From positions 63,290 through 127,289 of the forward strand of contig JASFYI010000002.1 of NCBI GenBank assembly GCA_030055515.1: a stretch of 64,000 nt of DNA, written 5' to 3'. Position numbers and translations under genes: made by a program. The DNA comes from Methanolinea sp. Its GTDB lineage: Archaea; Halobacteriota; Methanomicrobia; Methanomicrobiales; Methanospirillaceae. Shown one piece after another: positions 28,643-37,562 of the stretch (position 1 is the first letter of the stretch; each line of letters opens with the position of its first letter). The notes below the pieces were generated by a model. That model worked only from the letters and a program-made list of their open reading frames with translations, did not search any database and was not told the origin of the DNA.

Positions 28643-29521
28643 ATGAATTCCCGCGGGAGCATGAGAAGCGAGATACACGGTTTTTTAGCGAATCCGGGTA
28701 AATCGGGTGGACCCTGCGACTTGACGGTTCTCGTGCCGACATACAACGAGAGAGAGAACGTGGAATCGATTATTAGCGCGGTCAACCAAGTCTTCGCCCG
28801 GTCTGGCATCCGGGGCCATATCCTCGTCGTCGATGACAATTCGTCGGACGGGACGATCGACATCGTCAAGTCCCTCATCCCCCGCTACCGGAACTTAAGT
28901 CTCCTCGTGAGGCACGAGAACCACGGCCTCTCCCCGTCCCTCTACGATGGTTTCTCCCTCTCCCCGTCAGACTACATCCAGTGTATCGATTGCGACTTCT
29001 CGCACCCCCCCGAGCTCATCCCTGAGTTTTACCGGTGTCTCAAAGAAGAGAATAGGGATATCGTCATCGGAAGCCGCTATATCCCGGGCGGTGGATCGGT
29101 GAACTGGCCGCTCATCCGCAGGATCCTCTCATACGGTGCGGCAGTCCTCGGGCGGTTCGTCATCCCCGTTGTCCACGACTCGGGGAGCGGTTTTTTTGCC
29201 ATCAACCGGAGGGTTCTGGAGGGTGCTTCCCTTGCCCCCCGGGGCTTCAGGATGGGATTCGAGATCCTCGGGAAAGGAAACTGGAATTCTGTCAAGGAGA
29301 TCCCCTTCATCTTCCGGAACCGAAATCAGGGAAAGAGCAAGCTGAAGCCCCGGATCATCCTCCAATTCCTCATCCAGATAGTGGGCATCCTCCACTACAA
29401 TTTCATCCTGGAGAGAAGCGGGAACATCGTCAGGGCGTGGAAGATGCACCTTTCTCGATCCCCCGCGCATCGTGAGCACGGGGATCTCCCGGGAGGGATT
29501 CCGCCGGGAGAGAAAAAGTAA
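28643..29521 (+). CDS. Polyprenol-phosphate glycosyltransferase (GT2, DPM synthase-like)
   Basis: VPTYNEREN, VDDNSSDGT, DCDFSHPPE, GSRYIPGG, DSGSGF, EIPFIF..R..GKSKL; start may be 28661. Confidence 0.9.
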   Translation: MNSRGSMRSEIHGFLANPGKSGGPCDLTVLVPTYNERENVESIISAVNQVFARSGIRGHILVVDDNSSDGTIDIVKSLIPRYRNLSLLVRHENHGLSPSLYDGFSLSPSDYIQCIDCDFSHPPELIPEFYRCLKEENRDIVIGSRYIPGGGSVNWPLIRRILSYGAAVLGRFVIPVVHDSGSGFFAINRRVLEGASLAPRGFRMGFEILGKGNWNSVKEIPFIFRNRNQGKSKLKPRIILQFLIQIVGILHYNFILERSGNIVRAWKMHLSRSPAHREHGDLPGGIPPGEKK

Positions 29522-29554
29522 TGGGTATGACCCGGGCATACTCTGGTGATTTAA

Positions 29555-31057
29555 ATGGGACGAAAGAGTAAATCAAGAGCATTTGAGAAGCCTGAACAAT
29601 CTCCTTCGCGCGATGCCGTTGATGTCCCGGGAAGCTCTGTACAGGGGACAATAAAAATAATTTTCGCGGATTTTTGGCTCCCTGTACTTGCCGCACTCAC
29701 GTTGGCCGGTGCAACACTCCGCTTCTATAAACTCGATTTCAATTCCCTGTGGCTCGACGAGGCCTTCACCTACAACGCTGCGAAGGGTTCGCTCGCGGAG
29801 ATATGGAACACGATGGAGGTGGGGGATTTCCACCCGCCCCTCTTCCACTGGATCGAGCACTTCATGCTCGCACTCGGGAACTCCGAGTTCATCCTCCGAC
29901 TCGTTCCCGCGATCGCGGGGATATGCACGATCCCGGTCTTCTACCTTGTGGGAAAGGAACTCGCGGACGAGAGGGTCGGCGTGATCGCGGCAGCACTGCT
30001 CGCATTCTCCCCCTTCCACATCTACTATTCACAGGAGGCATACTCCTACTCACTGGTGCTCCTCGTCTTTTCCATCCTCCTGTATTCCTACCTGCGCGTC
30101 CTCCGCACGGGTGAACGCCGGTTCTATATAGCGGTCGGGATACTCTCCGCCCTCGCGTTCTGGATCCATTTCTACACCGCGATTCCCGTCTCCTTCGTGT
30201 ACATTCACGCCGTTCTCCACGCGTACTGGACGAGGGGATCCTTGAGCCTCGAATCACTGAAGGACGTGTTTTACTCGGGTCTTACCTTCGTCGTTCTCAT
30301 CTCTCCCCTCATCCCTGTCGTCATCCAGCGCTATTTCACGCTGACCGCGAGGCCCCCGACGTACGGCGTGCTGGGACTCCCCCTGATAAGCGAGACGTTC
30401 ACCAGGTTCTCGTCGTTTTCCCCCATTCTCGCCATCCTGTTCGTTGTCACCTTCGCGGCGGGGGCGTTATTCCTCTACCGCGAGAACAAGTCCACCTTCG
30501 TGCTCTGGGTGATCCTCATCTCCCTCCCCCTCCTCCTCTCCGTCGTGCTCTCTTCGAAGATGACGATGAACCCGCGGTACCTCATCTTCCTGCTCGCCGT
30601 GTTCTACCCCGGCATGGCATGCGCGTACCAGTGGACGAGAAGGTTTTCCACGAAAAAATGGGTCGTATTCTCCTTCATCGTGCTGTTTGCACTGTGCTAT
30701 ACTCCTACCCTGGTCTCGTACTACAGCGGGTACACGAAGGAGAACTGGCGTGACCTTGCCAAGATAATGGAGCAAAAGACTTATCCCGGCGACATCATCG
30801 TGCTCGTGCCGTCGTACCTCGAGCTGCCATTCAAATATTACTACAAGAATGAAACGGACGAGACCGTCCTCCTCGGCGCGAGCAGTGTGCGGGAACTGGA
30901 AAGGATAACCTATTTGCGGGGAAACAGAACGGTCTACTACATCATGACGGGAGATGTATGGGCAGCGAATCCGGAGGGCGATGTCGTGAGGTGGCTAGAG
31001 AAGAATGCAACCTACAAGGGGACACTCACCCAGATTCATGTCTTCTCTTCCCCCTGA
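29555..31057 (+). CDS. GT-C glycosyltransferase (PMT/GT39/ArnT-like)
   Basis: LRFY.L...SLWLDEA, HPPLF, LRLVPA..G, SPFHIYYSQEA..Y, PRYL, ENWR; many TM helices. Confidence 0.85.
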   Translation: MGRKSKSRAFEKPEQSPSRDAVDVPGSSVQGTIKIIFADFWLPVLAALTLAGATLRFYKLDFNSLWLDEAFTYNAAKGSLAEIWNTMEVGDFHPPLFHWIEHFMLALGNSEFILRLVPAIAGICTIPVFYLVGKELADERVGVIAAALLAFSPFHIYYSQEAYSYSLVLLVFSILLYSYLRVLRTGERRFYIAVGILSALAFWIHFYTAIPVSFVYIHAVLHAYWTRGSLSLESLKDVFYSGLTFVVLISPLIPVVIQRYFTLTARPPTYGVLGLPLISETFTRFSSFSPILAILFVVTFAAGALFLYRENKSTFVLWVILISLPLLLSVVLSSKMTMNPRYLIFLLAVFYPGMACAYQWTRRFSTKKWVVFSFIVLFALCYTPTLVSYYSGYTKENWRDLAKIMEQKTYPGDIIVLVPSYLELPFKYYYKNETDETVLLGASSVRELERITYLRGNRTVYYIMTGDVWAANPEGDVVRWLEKNATYKGTLTQIHVFSSP

Positions 31058-31899
31058 ATCATTTTTGGCCCCCTCAGCACCCGCAGCAGTTCCCGTTCGT
31101 CCCTGACGACCCGCGACGGGACCTCAAGCATCAGGTTCACGTGCTCATGTGGCCCCGCCCTCCTGAAGTCCGTCCGCAGTGCGACGACAGGGATTCCCCT
31201 CGCGCAGGCGTACCCCATCTCCCACGCTGTTCCCGAGTCCGCGTCCGCCCCGTCGATGATCGCGACGAGGACGTCGCTCCTCTCGATCTCGGCGCAGCAC
31301 CGCGAGAATATCTCTCGCATCCCGTGCACGTCGCGGTGGCCACTGTCGTCGCCTGCCTCCTGAGGGAGGAAGACCGAGAAATAATGGGACACGAGGAGGT
31401 CCCGGATGTACGCATTGTACCGCCTCTCCGCGGCCGAGAAGAGCGGCGCGGCGAGGTACACGCGGTACCGGGAGAAGTCGGTGACGTCGATCGCCGGGAT
31501 GTCGGAAAACATCCGGAGGAACACGCCCCTCCCCTCCCGGAGGGCGGGACCCGTCCCGTCCTCCCCGTAGTACGTCGTGTCCACGCCGCAGGTCGGCGAC
31601 GAGTTGACCCCGACGATGCAGAGCGGGGGCCCGCGGGTCCTCACAATCTCCCTCACTTCCGCCGCGAGCCTCCCGAGGAGGGCGAGGAATTCCTCCCTGT
31701 TGAGCCTCTCGAGGAAAGTCCCCGGTTCCCTCTCCCTCCCGAGGAAGAGCGTTTCAGGGCAGGGCAAGTCGACGATCTCTATCCCGAACTCGCGGCACCT
31801 CTCCCGCGCCCGCTCGAATGCCCGCAGGTCGGATTCCCGCGTGATTCCCCTCGCCCTCAGGCCCGGGTCGCTGATGCAGGGGCAGGCCAGCACATACAT
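31036..31899 (-). CDS. DUF523/TudS-like Fe-S domain fused to nucleoside 2'-deoxyribosyltransferase/N-glycosidase-like domain
   Basis: N-terminal CPC, LPCPE, SSPTCG, GRGVF; C-terminal VYLAAPLFS, FLPQE, DSGTAWEMGYA, RTDFR, NLML; ATG at 31899. Confidence 0.8.
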   Translation of the reverse strand: MYVLACPCISDPGLRARGITRESDLRAFERARERCREFGIEIVDLPCPETLFLGREREPGTFLERLNREEFLALLGRLAAEVREIVRTRGPPLCIVGVNSSPTCGVDTTYYGEDGTGPALREGRGVFLRMFSDIPAIDVTDFSRYRVYLAAPLFSAAERRYNAYIRDLLVSHYFSVFLPQEAGDDSGHRDVHGMREIFSRCCAEIERSDVLVAIIDGADADSGTAWEMGYACARGIPVVALRTDFRRAGPHEHVNLMLEVPSRVVRDERELLRVLRGPKMIQGEEKT

Positions 31900-31930
31900 T
31901 GATACAATGTGGCCCCGCAGGGATACATAG

Positions 31931-32422
31931 ATGATCCGGATCCTCGCGTTCCGGGACGACAGCTGCGATCCGCGGAAATGCACCGTAAAAAGGCTCGAAC
32001 GGGCTGGCCTCGCCACGGTCGTCCCGAGGATCTCCCGCCTGCCGCGAAACACCCTCCTCCTCGACCCCACCGCCGGAAAGGCCCTCTCCCCCGCCGACAG
32101 GGACAGGAGGACCCTCTCTGTCCTCGACTGCTCGTGGGAGGTGATCGACGGCATCGGGCTCTCCTCGTTCCGGTACCGGAGGGCCCTCCCATACCTCGTC
32201 GCGGCAAATCCCGTCAACTTCGGCAGGCCGTGGAAGCTCTCCTCCGTCGAGGCCATCGCCGCGGCGCTCGTCATCCTCGGCGAGAGGGAGCAGGCAGAGA
32301 CAATCCTCAAGGTCATCCCGTGGGGTCCCCGCTTCCTCGAGCTGAACGCTGAGCCCCTCGCGCTCTACGCGAAGGCGCGTGACAGCAGCGAGATCATCGA
32401 AATACAGAGCCTCTTCTTCTGA
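31931..32422 (+). CDS. tsr3: 16S rRNA aminocarboxypropyltransferase Tsr3 (DUF367)
   Basis: CDPRKCTVKRL, LSPAD, LDCSW, RALPYLVAANPVNFGRP.KLSSVEA, WG..FLELN. Confidence 0.93.
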   Translation: MIRILAFRDDSCDPRKCTVKRLERAGLATVVPRISRLPRNTLLLDPTAGKALSPADRDRRTLSVLDCSWEVIDGIGLSSFRYRRALPYLVAANPVNFGRPWKLSSVEAIAAALVILGEREQAETILKVIPWGPRFLELNAEPLALYAKARDSSEIIEIQSLFF

Positions 32423-32504
32423 CGCGAAAGAGAATCCGTCCCGCAGGGTTCCCCTCGACAGGCGAACCACCCGCACCGCTCATTCCGTTCGGTCCGGCGC
32501 TGCC

Positions 32505-34625
32505 CTACCGCGTGGTGCCCTGCACCGCGAGCGATTCCCTCGCCCTCTTCCACCCCGAGATGTCCCTGAAAGACTCTATCGCCCCGACGATGTTTCCCTC
32601 CCCGTCGAAGAGGGGGGATGCCTTTGCCCAGATGTACCTCTCCGTGCCCCCCGCCGACCCCGGGATCGTTGCCTCGGCGTAGAGGCTGTCCCCGAACTTC
32701 CTCACGGACGGGTGGTTCCTCGCGAGCTCGTGCGCCGGCAGGCCGAGGATGTCGACGAGGACGGGCATCGTGCCCTTCAGGAACGAGAGGGCTTCCCTGT
32801 ACCTGTCGGAGCCGAGCACTTCCTCCTTCCTCACACCCGAGAGGACTTCCATCGCCCGGTTCCACGCGATGACCCTCCTGTCCCTCCCGAGGATGAAGGT
32901 CGGGTCCGGCATGAATTCCGCGGCCTCCTGGATCTTCTCGTACGTCGTCCTGAGGGCCTTCTCCATGGCCTTCTGGGCAGTGATCTCCATGAAAACGCCG
33001 ATGTAAGAGGCAGGCATGCCTGCCTCGTCCCTGACGAGCGTGAGGGACGACTGGAAGAACCGTGACTTCCCGTCCCCTACCCTGATGCGTATCTCGCCGT
33101 TCCACGCCCCAGAGCGGCTCACCTCCCGCCTTATCTCAGCGAGGGATGGCGTGAAATACCTCGTGAGGTTCCAGAACTCGCCCATGTGGTTCTCCTGCAT
33201 GTCGCGCAGGTCCCTCGCACCGAAGAGGGAGAGGAAGACCTTGTTTGCGTACACGAGCCGATCGTCGGGGTCGAAGATCACGATGGCATTCGTCGCGGAC
33301 TCTATCGCGGCGTTCCTGATGCGTATCTCGCGTTCGGCCTCGATCCTCTCGCTGATGTCCGTGAAGGAGGCCATCATCGCGATGGGATTCCCCTCCGCGT
33401 CCCGGACGAGGTTTGCGGTGTGGAACGCGTGGACGGTCCGCCCGTCGCCCCGCGGGATCAGGACTTCCCCGTTCCACTCGCCCCTCTCCAAAAGGAGCCT
33501 CGGGGCACCTTCCAACCTTTCGCCCGCTGTCCCGGCCGGAAAGAGCGTCCTGAGGGGCTGCCCGATGACCGCGTCGCCCAAGGGATCCCCAATCATTTTG
33601 AGGAACGCCGCATTCGCGTACGTGATGCGCCCGTCGAGGGTCGCGATGACGACGCCATTGACGGACGACGAGACGGCCATGTCGAGGACGCGGAGCCTCT
33701 CCTCGGAGAGCCTCTTTTCCGTGATGTCCCTCCCCACCCCCTGGTACTCGACGATCCTCCCGCTGCCGTCGAGAATTGCCCTGTGCGTCCAGAGATGCCA
33801 CCTCGTCTCGCCCCCGGGGCAGACGACCCTGTGCTCGTGGGTCTCCACGTCCCGCCCGGGTCCGAGGGAGAGGATCCTTTCCCTCACCATCTCCCTGTCC
33901 TCGGGGTGGACGTACTCCAGTATGTCCTTCCCGGGTACCTCGCCGGCCACCCATCCCATGTACTTGCACAGCGCGCCGTTGGCGAAGGTGAGGCGGAAAT
34001 CGGGGTCGAACCTGCAGATGAACTCTGTCTGATCCTCGACGATCGCCCTGTACCTCTCCTCGCTCATCCTGAGTCTCCTCTCGTATTCCCGCGGGAGGGT
34101 GACGTCCTCGAATATCAGGGTATACCCCCTCCTCCCGTCTTCAAAGACCGTGGGGACGACCTTGTACGCGAGCGTGCACTCCCTGCCCCGGATTTCGAAC
34201 GATATCTCCTGCTTCTTCCCGGATGAGGAGTCGGCTGTCTGGATAGTCGCGGAGATCTCCCCAAGAGCGGGGATAACAAGCTCCCCGATGGCTGATCCCA
34301 GCACGTCCTCCCTCCTCGCCGAGAAGAAAGAGAGGAAGTTCTCGTTGACGTCGGTGACCCGCAGGTCCGCGTCGAGGATGAGGATGAGCTCGGTCGTGAA
34401 CCGCAGGACGGAGGAGATAGGGACGCGCTGGGCGAGTGTGTAGACCTTCGCGTTCCCGTACACCCTCACTTCCACCTCGCCCGTGATGAGGAGGATCTCG
34501 AGGTACTTCGCCACGGAATTCCTGTTCATTTTCAGGGTGTGCGCGATGTCAGAGATCGTGAGGCCTTTGGGGCGGCTCTTCAGCAGCCTCTTGATTCTCG
34601 AGATCTTCTCCCGGTCGAGGATCAT
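32505..34625 (-). CDS. N-terminal HTH plus five PAS/PAC domains, no kinase domain
   Basis: KGLTISDIAHTLKMNRNSVAKYLEIL helix-turn-helix; five PAS units ending FEDVT, GRDITE, FTDISE, FMEITA, FRDIS. Confidence 0.85.
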   Translation of the reverse strand: MILDREKISRIKRLLKSRPKGLTISDIAHTLKMNRNSVAKYLEILLITGEVEVRVYGNAKVYTLAQRVPISSVLRFTTELILILDADLRVTDVNENFLSFFSARREDVLGSAIGELVIPALGEISATIQTADSSSGKKQEISFEIRGRECTLAYKVVPTVFEDGRRGYTLIFEDVTLPREYERRLRMSEERYRAIVEDQTEFICRFDPDFRLTFANGALCKYMGWVAGEVPGKDILEYVHPEDREMVRERILSLGPGRDVETHEHRVVCPGGETRWHLWTHRAILDGSGRIVEYQGVGRDITEKRLSEERLRVLDMAVSSSVNGVVIATLDGRITYANAAFLKMIGDPLGDAVIGQPLRTLFPAGTAGERLEGAPRLLLERGEWNGEVLIPRGDGRTVHAFHTANLVRDAEGNPIAMMASFTDISERIEAEREIRIRNAAIESATNAIVIFDPDDRLVYANKVFLSLFGARDLRDMQENHMGEFWNLTRYFTPSLAEIRREVSRSGAWNGEIRIRVGDGKSRFFQSSLTLVRDEAGMPASYIGVFMEITAQKAMEKALRTTYEKIQEAAEFMPDPTFILGRDRRVIAWNRAMEVLSGVRKEEVLGSDRYREALSFLKGTMPVLVDILGLPAHELARNHPSVRKFGDSLYAEATIPGSAGGTERYIWAKASPLFDGEGNIVGAIESFRDISGWKRARESLAVQGTTR

Positions 34626-34813
34626 GGCAATGGTGTGATCGCACGCTGCCCCCTATAAATATATGCCCGCATTCCGTGCGGGACCCTGCCTCTCTCACGC
34701 GCCGGAAAAAGGCCGTGACACTTTTGGTCTCCGCGGGAGAACTTGTTCCCGGGAAATGACCGGGGGAGGCCTCCATCAAAAGGTATTTGCCACCCCGCGG
34801 GACATTCCTATCG

Positions 34814-35275
34814 ATGGCGAGTCCCCCGCCGGCCGCAGAGATCCTCCTCGTCGAAGACAACCCCAACGACGTCGAACTCATCCTCCACGTCTTCCAGTGG
34901 TGCAACCTCTCTAACAGGGTCCACGTCGCGTGGAACGGGGAGGAGGCCCTCGACTACATCTTCGGGACAGGACCGTACGCGGGGAGGGATACCTGTCACC
35001 ACCCGCAGGTCATTCTCCTCGACCTGAAACTCCCCAGAGTCGACGGGATCGAGGTGCTCAGGAGGCTGAAGAATGACCCGCGGACCCGGACGATTCCTGT
35101 CGTCGTCCTGACCTCTTCGAGGGAGGAGAGGGATATCGTGAGGAGCTACGACCTCGGCGTGAACAGCTACATCGTTAAGCCCGTGAAATTCGACGATTTT
35201 GTCTGCGTGATAAGGGAACTAGGGCTCTACTGGAAGACGATCAACCAGCCGCCTGTCGAGGAGAGGGGAGAGTGA
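34814..35275 (+). CDS. Stand-alone response regulator receiver (Rcp1-like)
   Basis: LLVEDNPND, ILLDLKLP..DG, VVLTSS, YIVKP, LGLYW; no output domain. Confidence 0.92.
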   Translation: MASPPPAAEILLVEDNPNDVELILHVFQWCNLSNRVHVAWNGEEALDYIFGTGPYAGRDTCHHPQVILLDLKLPRVDGIEVLRRLKNDPRTRTIPVVVLTSSREERDIVRSYDLGVNSYIVKPVKFDDFVCVIRELGLYWKTINQPPVEERGE

Positions 35276-35289
35276 AACACCCCCTCCTC

Positions 35290-36240
35290 TCAGTCCCCCC
35301 TCTTTCCCGCGAGTGGTCTGCCCGAGGGTCCGGCCCTCCCGGCGTGCTGGTCAGCAAAGAGGAGGTAGTATGCCGCAAGGCCCTTCCAGTCGCCCCACCT
35401 CCGGGCAAACTCCCTCGCCTGGCCGGGGGTGATGAGGTCCCCGAGGGAGTAGAACCGGGCAATCGCGCGCCGGATGCCGAGGTCGCCCGCCGGGATTACG
35501 TCCAGACGGTGCAAACCCCGGAGGAGGACGAACTCCGCCGTCCACCTCCCTATCCCCCTGATGCGGCACAGCTCGTCGATGACCACTCCCGGGTCATTCG
35601 GCCCCCTGTAGGCCTCTAGGTCGATCTCCCCCTCCCTCGCCGCCCGCGCGATCTCGAGGATATACCCCGCTTTCCGGAAGGAGAGCCCGCATTCCCGGAG
35701 ATCCCGGGGAGATGCATCCGCAAAGTCCTCCGGGCGGGGGTACGCGTAGAACGTCCCCTGCGCCGTCCGCACCTCCTCCCCAAAACGCCTCACCACGCGG
35801 GACTCGACCTGCCTCGCGACCGGGGTCGCGATCTGCTGCTCGATGATTGAAGTCACGACGGCCTCAAAGACCGTCTCGGAGGAGATCATCCTCAGCCCGG
35901 AGAGGGCCTCTGTGAGCCTCGAGAGGACAGGGTCGCCAGCGACGGCACGGGAGAACGCGTCCAGGTCGTCACCGGTGTTCAGGAGGCGGGTCACGCACTC
36001 TTGGAGTTCCGCTTCGGATACCAGGGTGTCCCCTCCCGTGCCGAGGACATCCACCGCGAGGACGGCCTCCCCGTCCTGCCCAACGTCCCGTACCCTGATC
36101 GCAACAGGGGTTTCCCCCACCCGGACAACCTGCGAGAGGATACCACCGTGGTATTTCCGGACCGCCGGGTCCCCGGCGGAGAACACGCTGCAGATCAAGG
36201 CAAAATCGTAGGGGAGCTTGGGGTGGATGGAGAGGGGCAT
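35290..36240 (-). CDS. alkA: DNA-3-methyladenine glycosylase (AlkA family)
   Basis: FEAVVTSIIEQQI, GLSFRKAGYI, IRGIGRWTAE helix-hairpin-helix, PAGDLGIR. Confidence 0.88.
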   Translation of the reverse strand: MPLSIHPKLPYDFALICSVFSAGDPAVRKYHGGILSQVVRVGETPVAIRVRDVGQDGEAVLAVDVLGTGGDTLVSEAELQECVTRLLNTGDDLDAFSRAVAGDPVLSRLTEALSGLRMISSETVFEAVVTSIIEQQIATPVARQVESRVVRRFGEEVRTAQGTFYAYPRPEDFADASPRDLRECGLSFRKAGYILEIARAAREGEIDLEAYRGPNDPGVVIDELCRIRGIGRWTAEFVLLRGLHRLDVIPAGDLGIRRAIARFYSLGDLITPGQAREFARRWGDWKGLAAYYLLFADQHAGRAGPSGRPLAGKRGD

Positions 36241-36339
36241 TCCAGGGTTGTACGGTGGATTGGGGGGGAGAAAAAGGTGCGGGATTCCCCGCGGGCCGTT
36301 TTGGGAACCTTTAATGCTCCCGGTTCCCACCCATCACGC

Positions 36340-37362
36340 ATGATCAAAGTTGCCATCAATGGCTACGGGACGATAGGAAAGCGCGTCGCCGACGCCGTTG
36401 CTGCCCAGCCGGACATGGAGGTCATCGGCGTCTCGAAGACGAGGCCGAGCCACGAGGCCTTCATCGCGAGGGAGAAAGGGTACCCGCTCTACATCGCCGA
36501 CATCTCGAAGAAGGCCGCGTTCGAGAAGGCCGGCCTCCCGGTCGCGGGGAGCGTGGAGGACATGCTCGCGCGCGCAGATATCGTCGTGGACGCGACACCG
36601 GGGGGGGTCGGCGAGAAGAACAAGCCACTCTACGAGAAGGCAGGGATCAAGGCCATCTGGCAGGGGGGAGAGGAGCACGAAGTCGCGGGTTTCTCCTTCA
36701 ACGCCGACTGCAACTACGCCGACGCGATCGGGCGGCAGTTCGCCCGCGTCGTCTCGTGCAACACGACGGGGCTCTGCCGGATCATCAACGCGATGGACAG
36801 GAACTTCGGCGTGGAGAGGGTGAGGGCGGTGATGGTCCGCCGCGGCGGCGACCCCGCGGACATCAAGAGGGGGCCCATCGACGCGATCGTCCTCAACCCG
36901 GTCACGATCCCGAGCCACCACGGGCCCGACGTGCAGAGCGTCCTGCCCCACATCAACATCGTCACGCTCGCGATGGTCGTCCCGGTGACGATGATGCACA
37001 TGCACGTCGTCCAGATGGACCTGAAAGAGGAGGCAACGCGCGAGGAGGTCATCAGGATCATCGAGCAGAATCCACGCCTCGGGCTGATCCGGAAGGCGAC
37101 CGGGATCACGAGCACCGCCGAGCTGAAGGAGTACGCGATGGACCTCGGGAGGCCCCGGTCGGACCTCTGGGAGAACGGCATCTTCGAGGAGTCGATCTCC
37201 TGCATGGGCAGGGAACTCTACCTCTTCCAGGCGATCCACCAGGAGGCAGACGTCGTCGTCGAGAACATCGACTGCATCAGGGCGATGACGGGGACCGAGA
37301 AGGACCCGGCAAAGTCCATCGCGATGACGAACGAGGCACTGAACTTCCGCCCCATAAGGTAA
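36340..37362 (+). CDS. gap: Archaeal type II glyceraldehyde-3-phosphate dehydrogenase
   Basis: VAINGYGTIGKRVADA, VVSCNTTGL, PSHHGPDV, QAIHQE..VV.ENID.IRA. Confidence 0.96.
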   Translation: MIKVAINGYGTIGKRVADAVAAQPDMEVIGVSKTRPSHEAFIAREKGYPLYIADISKKAAFEKAGLPVAGSVEDMLARADIVVDATPGGVGEKNKPLYEKAGIKAIWQGGEEHEVAGFSFNADCNYADAIGRQFARVVSCNTTGLCRIINAMDRNFGVERVRAVMVRRGGDPADIKRGPIDAIVLNPVTIPSHHGPDVQSVLPHINIVTLAMVVPVTMMHMHVVQMDLKEEATREEVIRIIEQNPRLGLIRKATGITSTAELKEYAMDLGRPRSDLWENGIFEESISCMGRELYLFQAIHQEADVVVENIDCIRAMTGTEKDPAKSIAMTNEALNFRPIR

Positions 37363-37562
37363 AATTTTTCCCCGCGAGGGGGGGCTGGGGGACTCCCCCC
37401 GGGGTTTCACCAGGGGGTTGACCGGTGCGTCCCCCGATGGTCGCCGCGCCGTGGCCCCGGGGATCCAAGCGCCGGCTCCGCGCGGGAGGGCGGCCCCCGC
37501 ACCGGCGTGCACGGGGGCGTGCCACACAAGCATTAACACCACGCGTTCCCCATTTTATGTGA

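Noticed and set aside
29843..29852. TTCCACTGGA ORB core inside the GT-C gene
   Set aside because: Short, in coding sequence (Phe-His-Trp), no G-string or partner site.
24383..31057. Glycosylation block considered as a mobile element
   Set aside because: No integrase, transposase, tRNA target or terminal repeats seen; only a compositional shift.
37363..37562. G/C-run hairpins between gap and tyrS considered as tRNA or riboswitch
   Set aside because: No cloverleaf or T-loop GTTC motif; consistent with terminator and promoter spacer.
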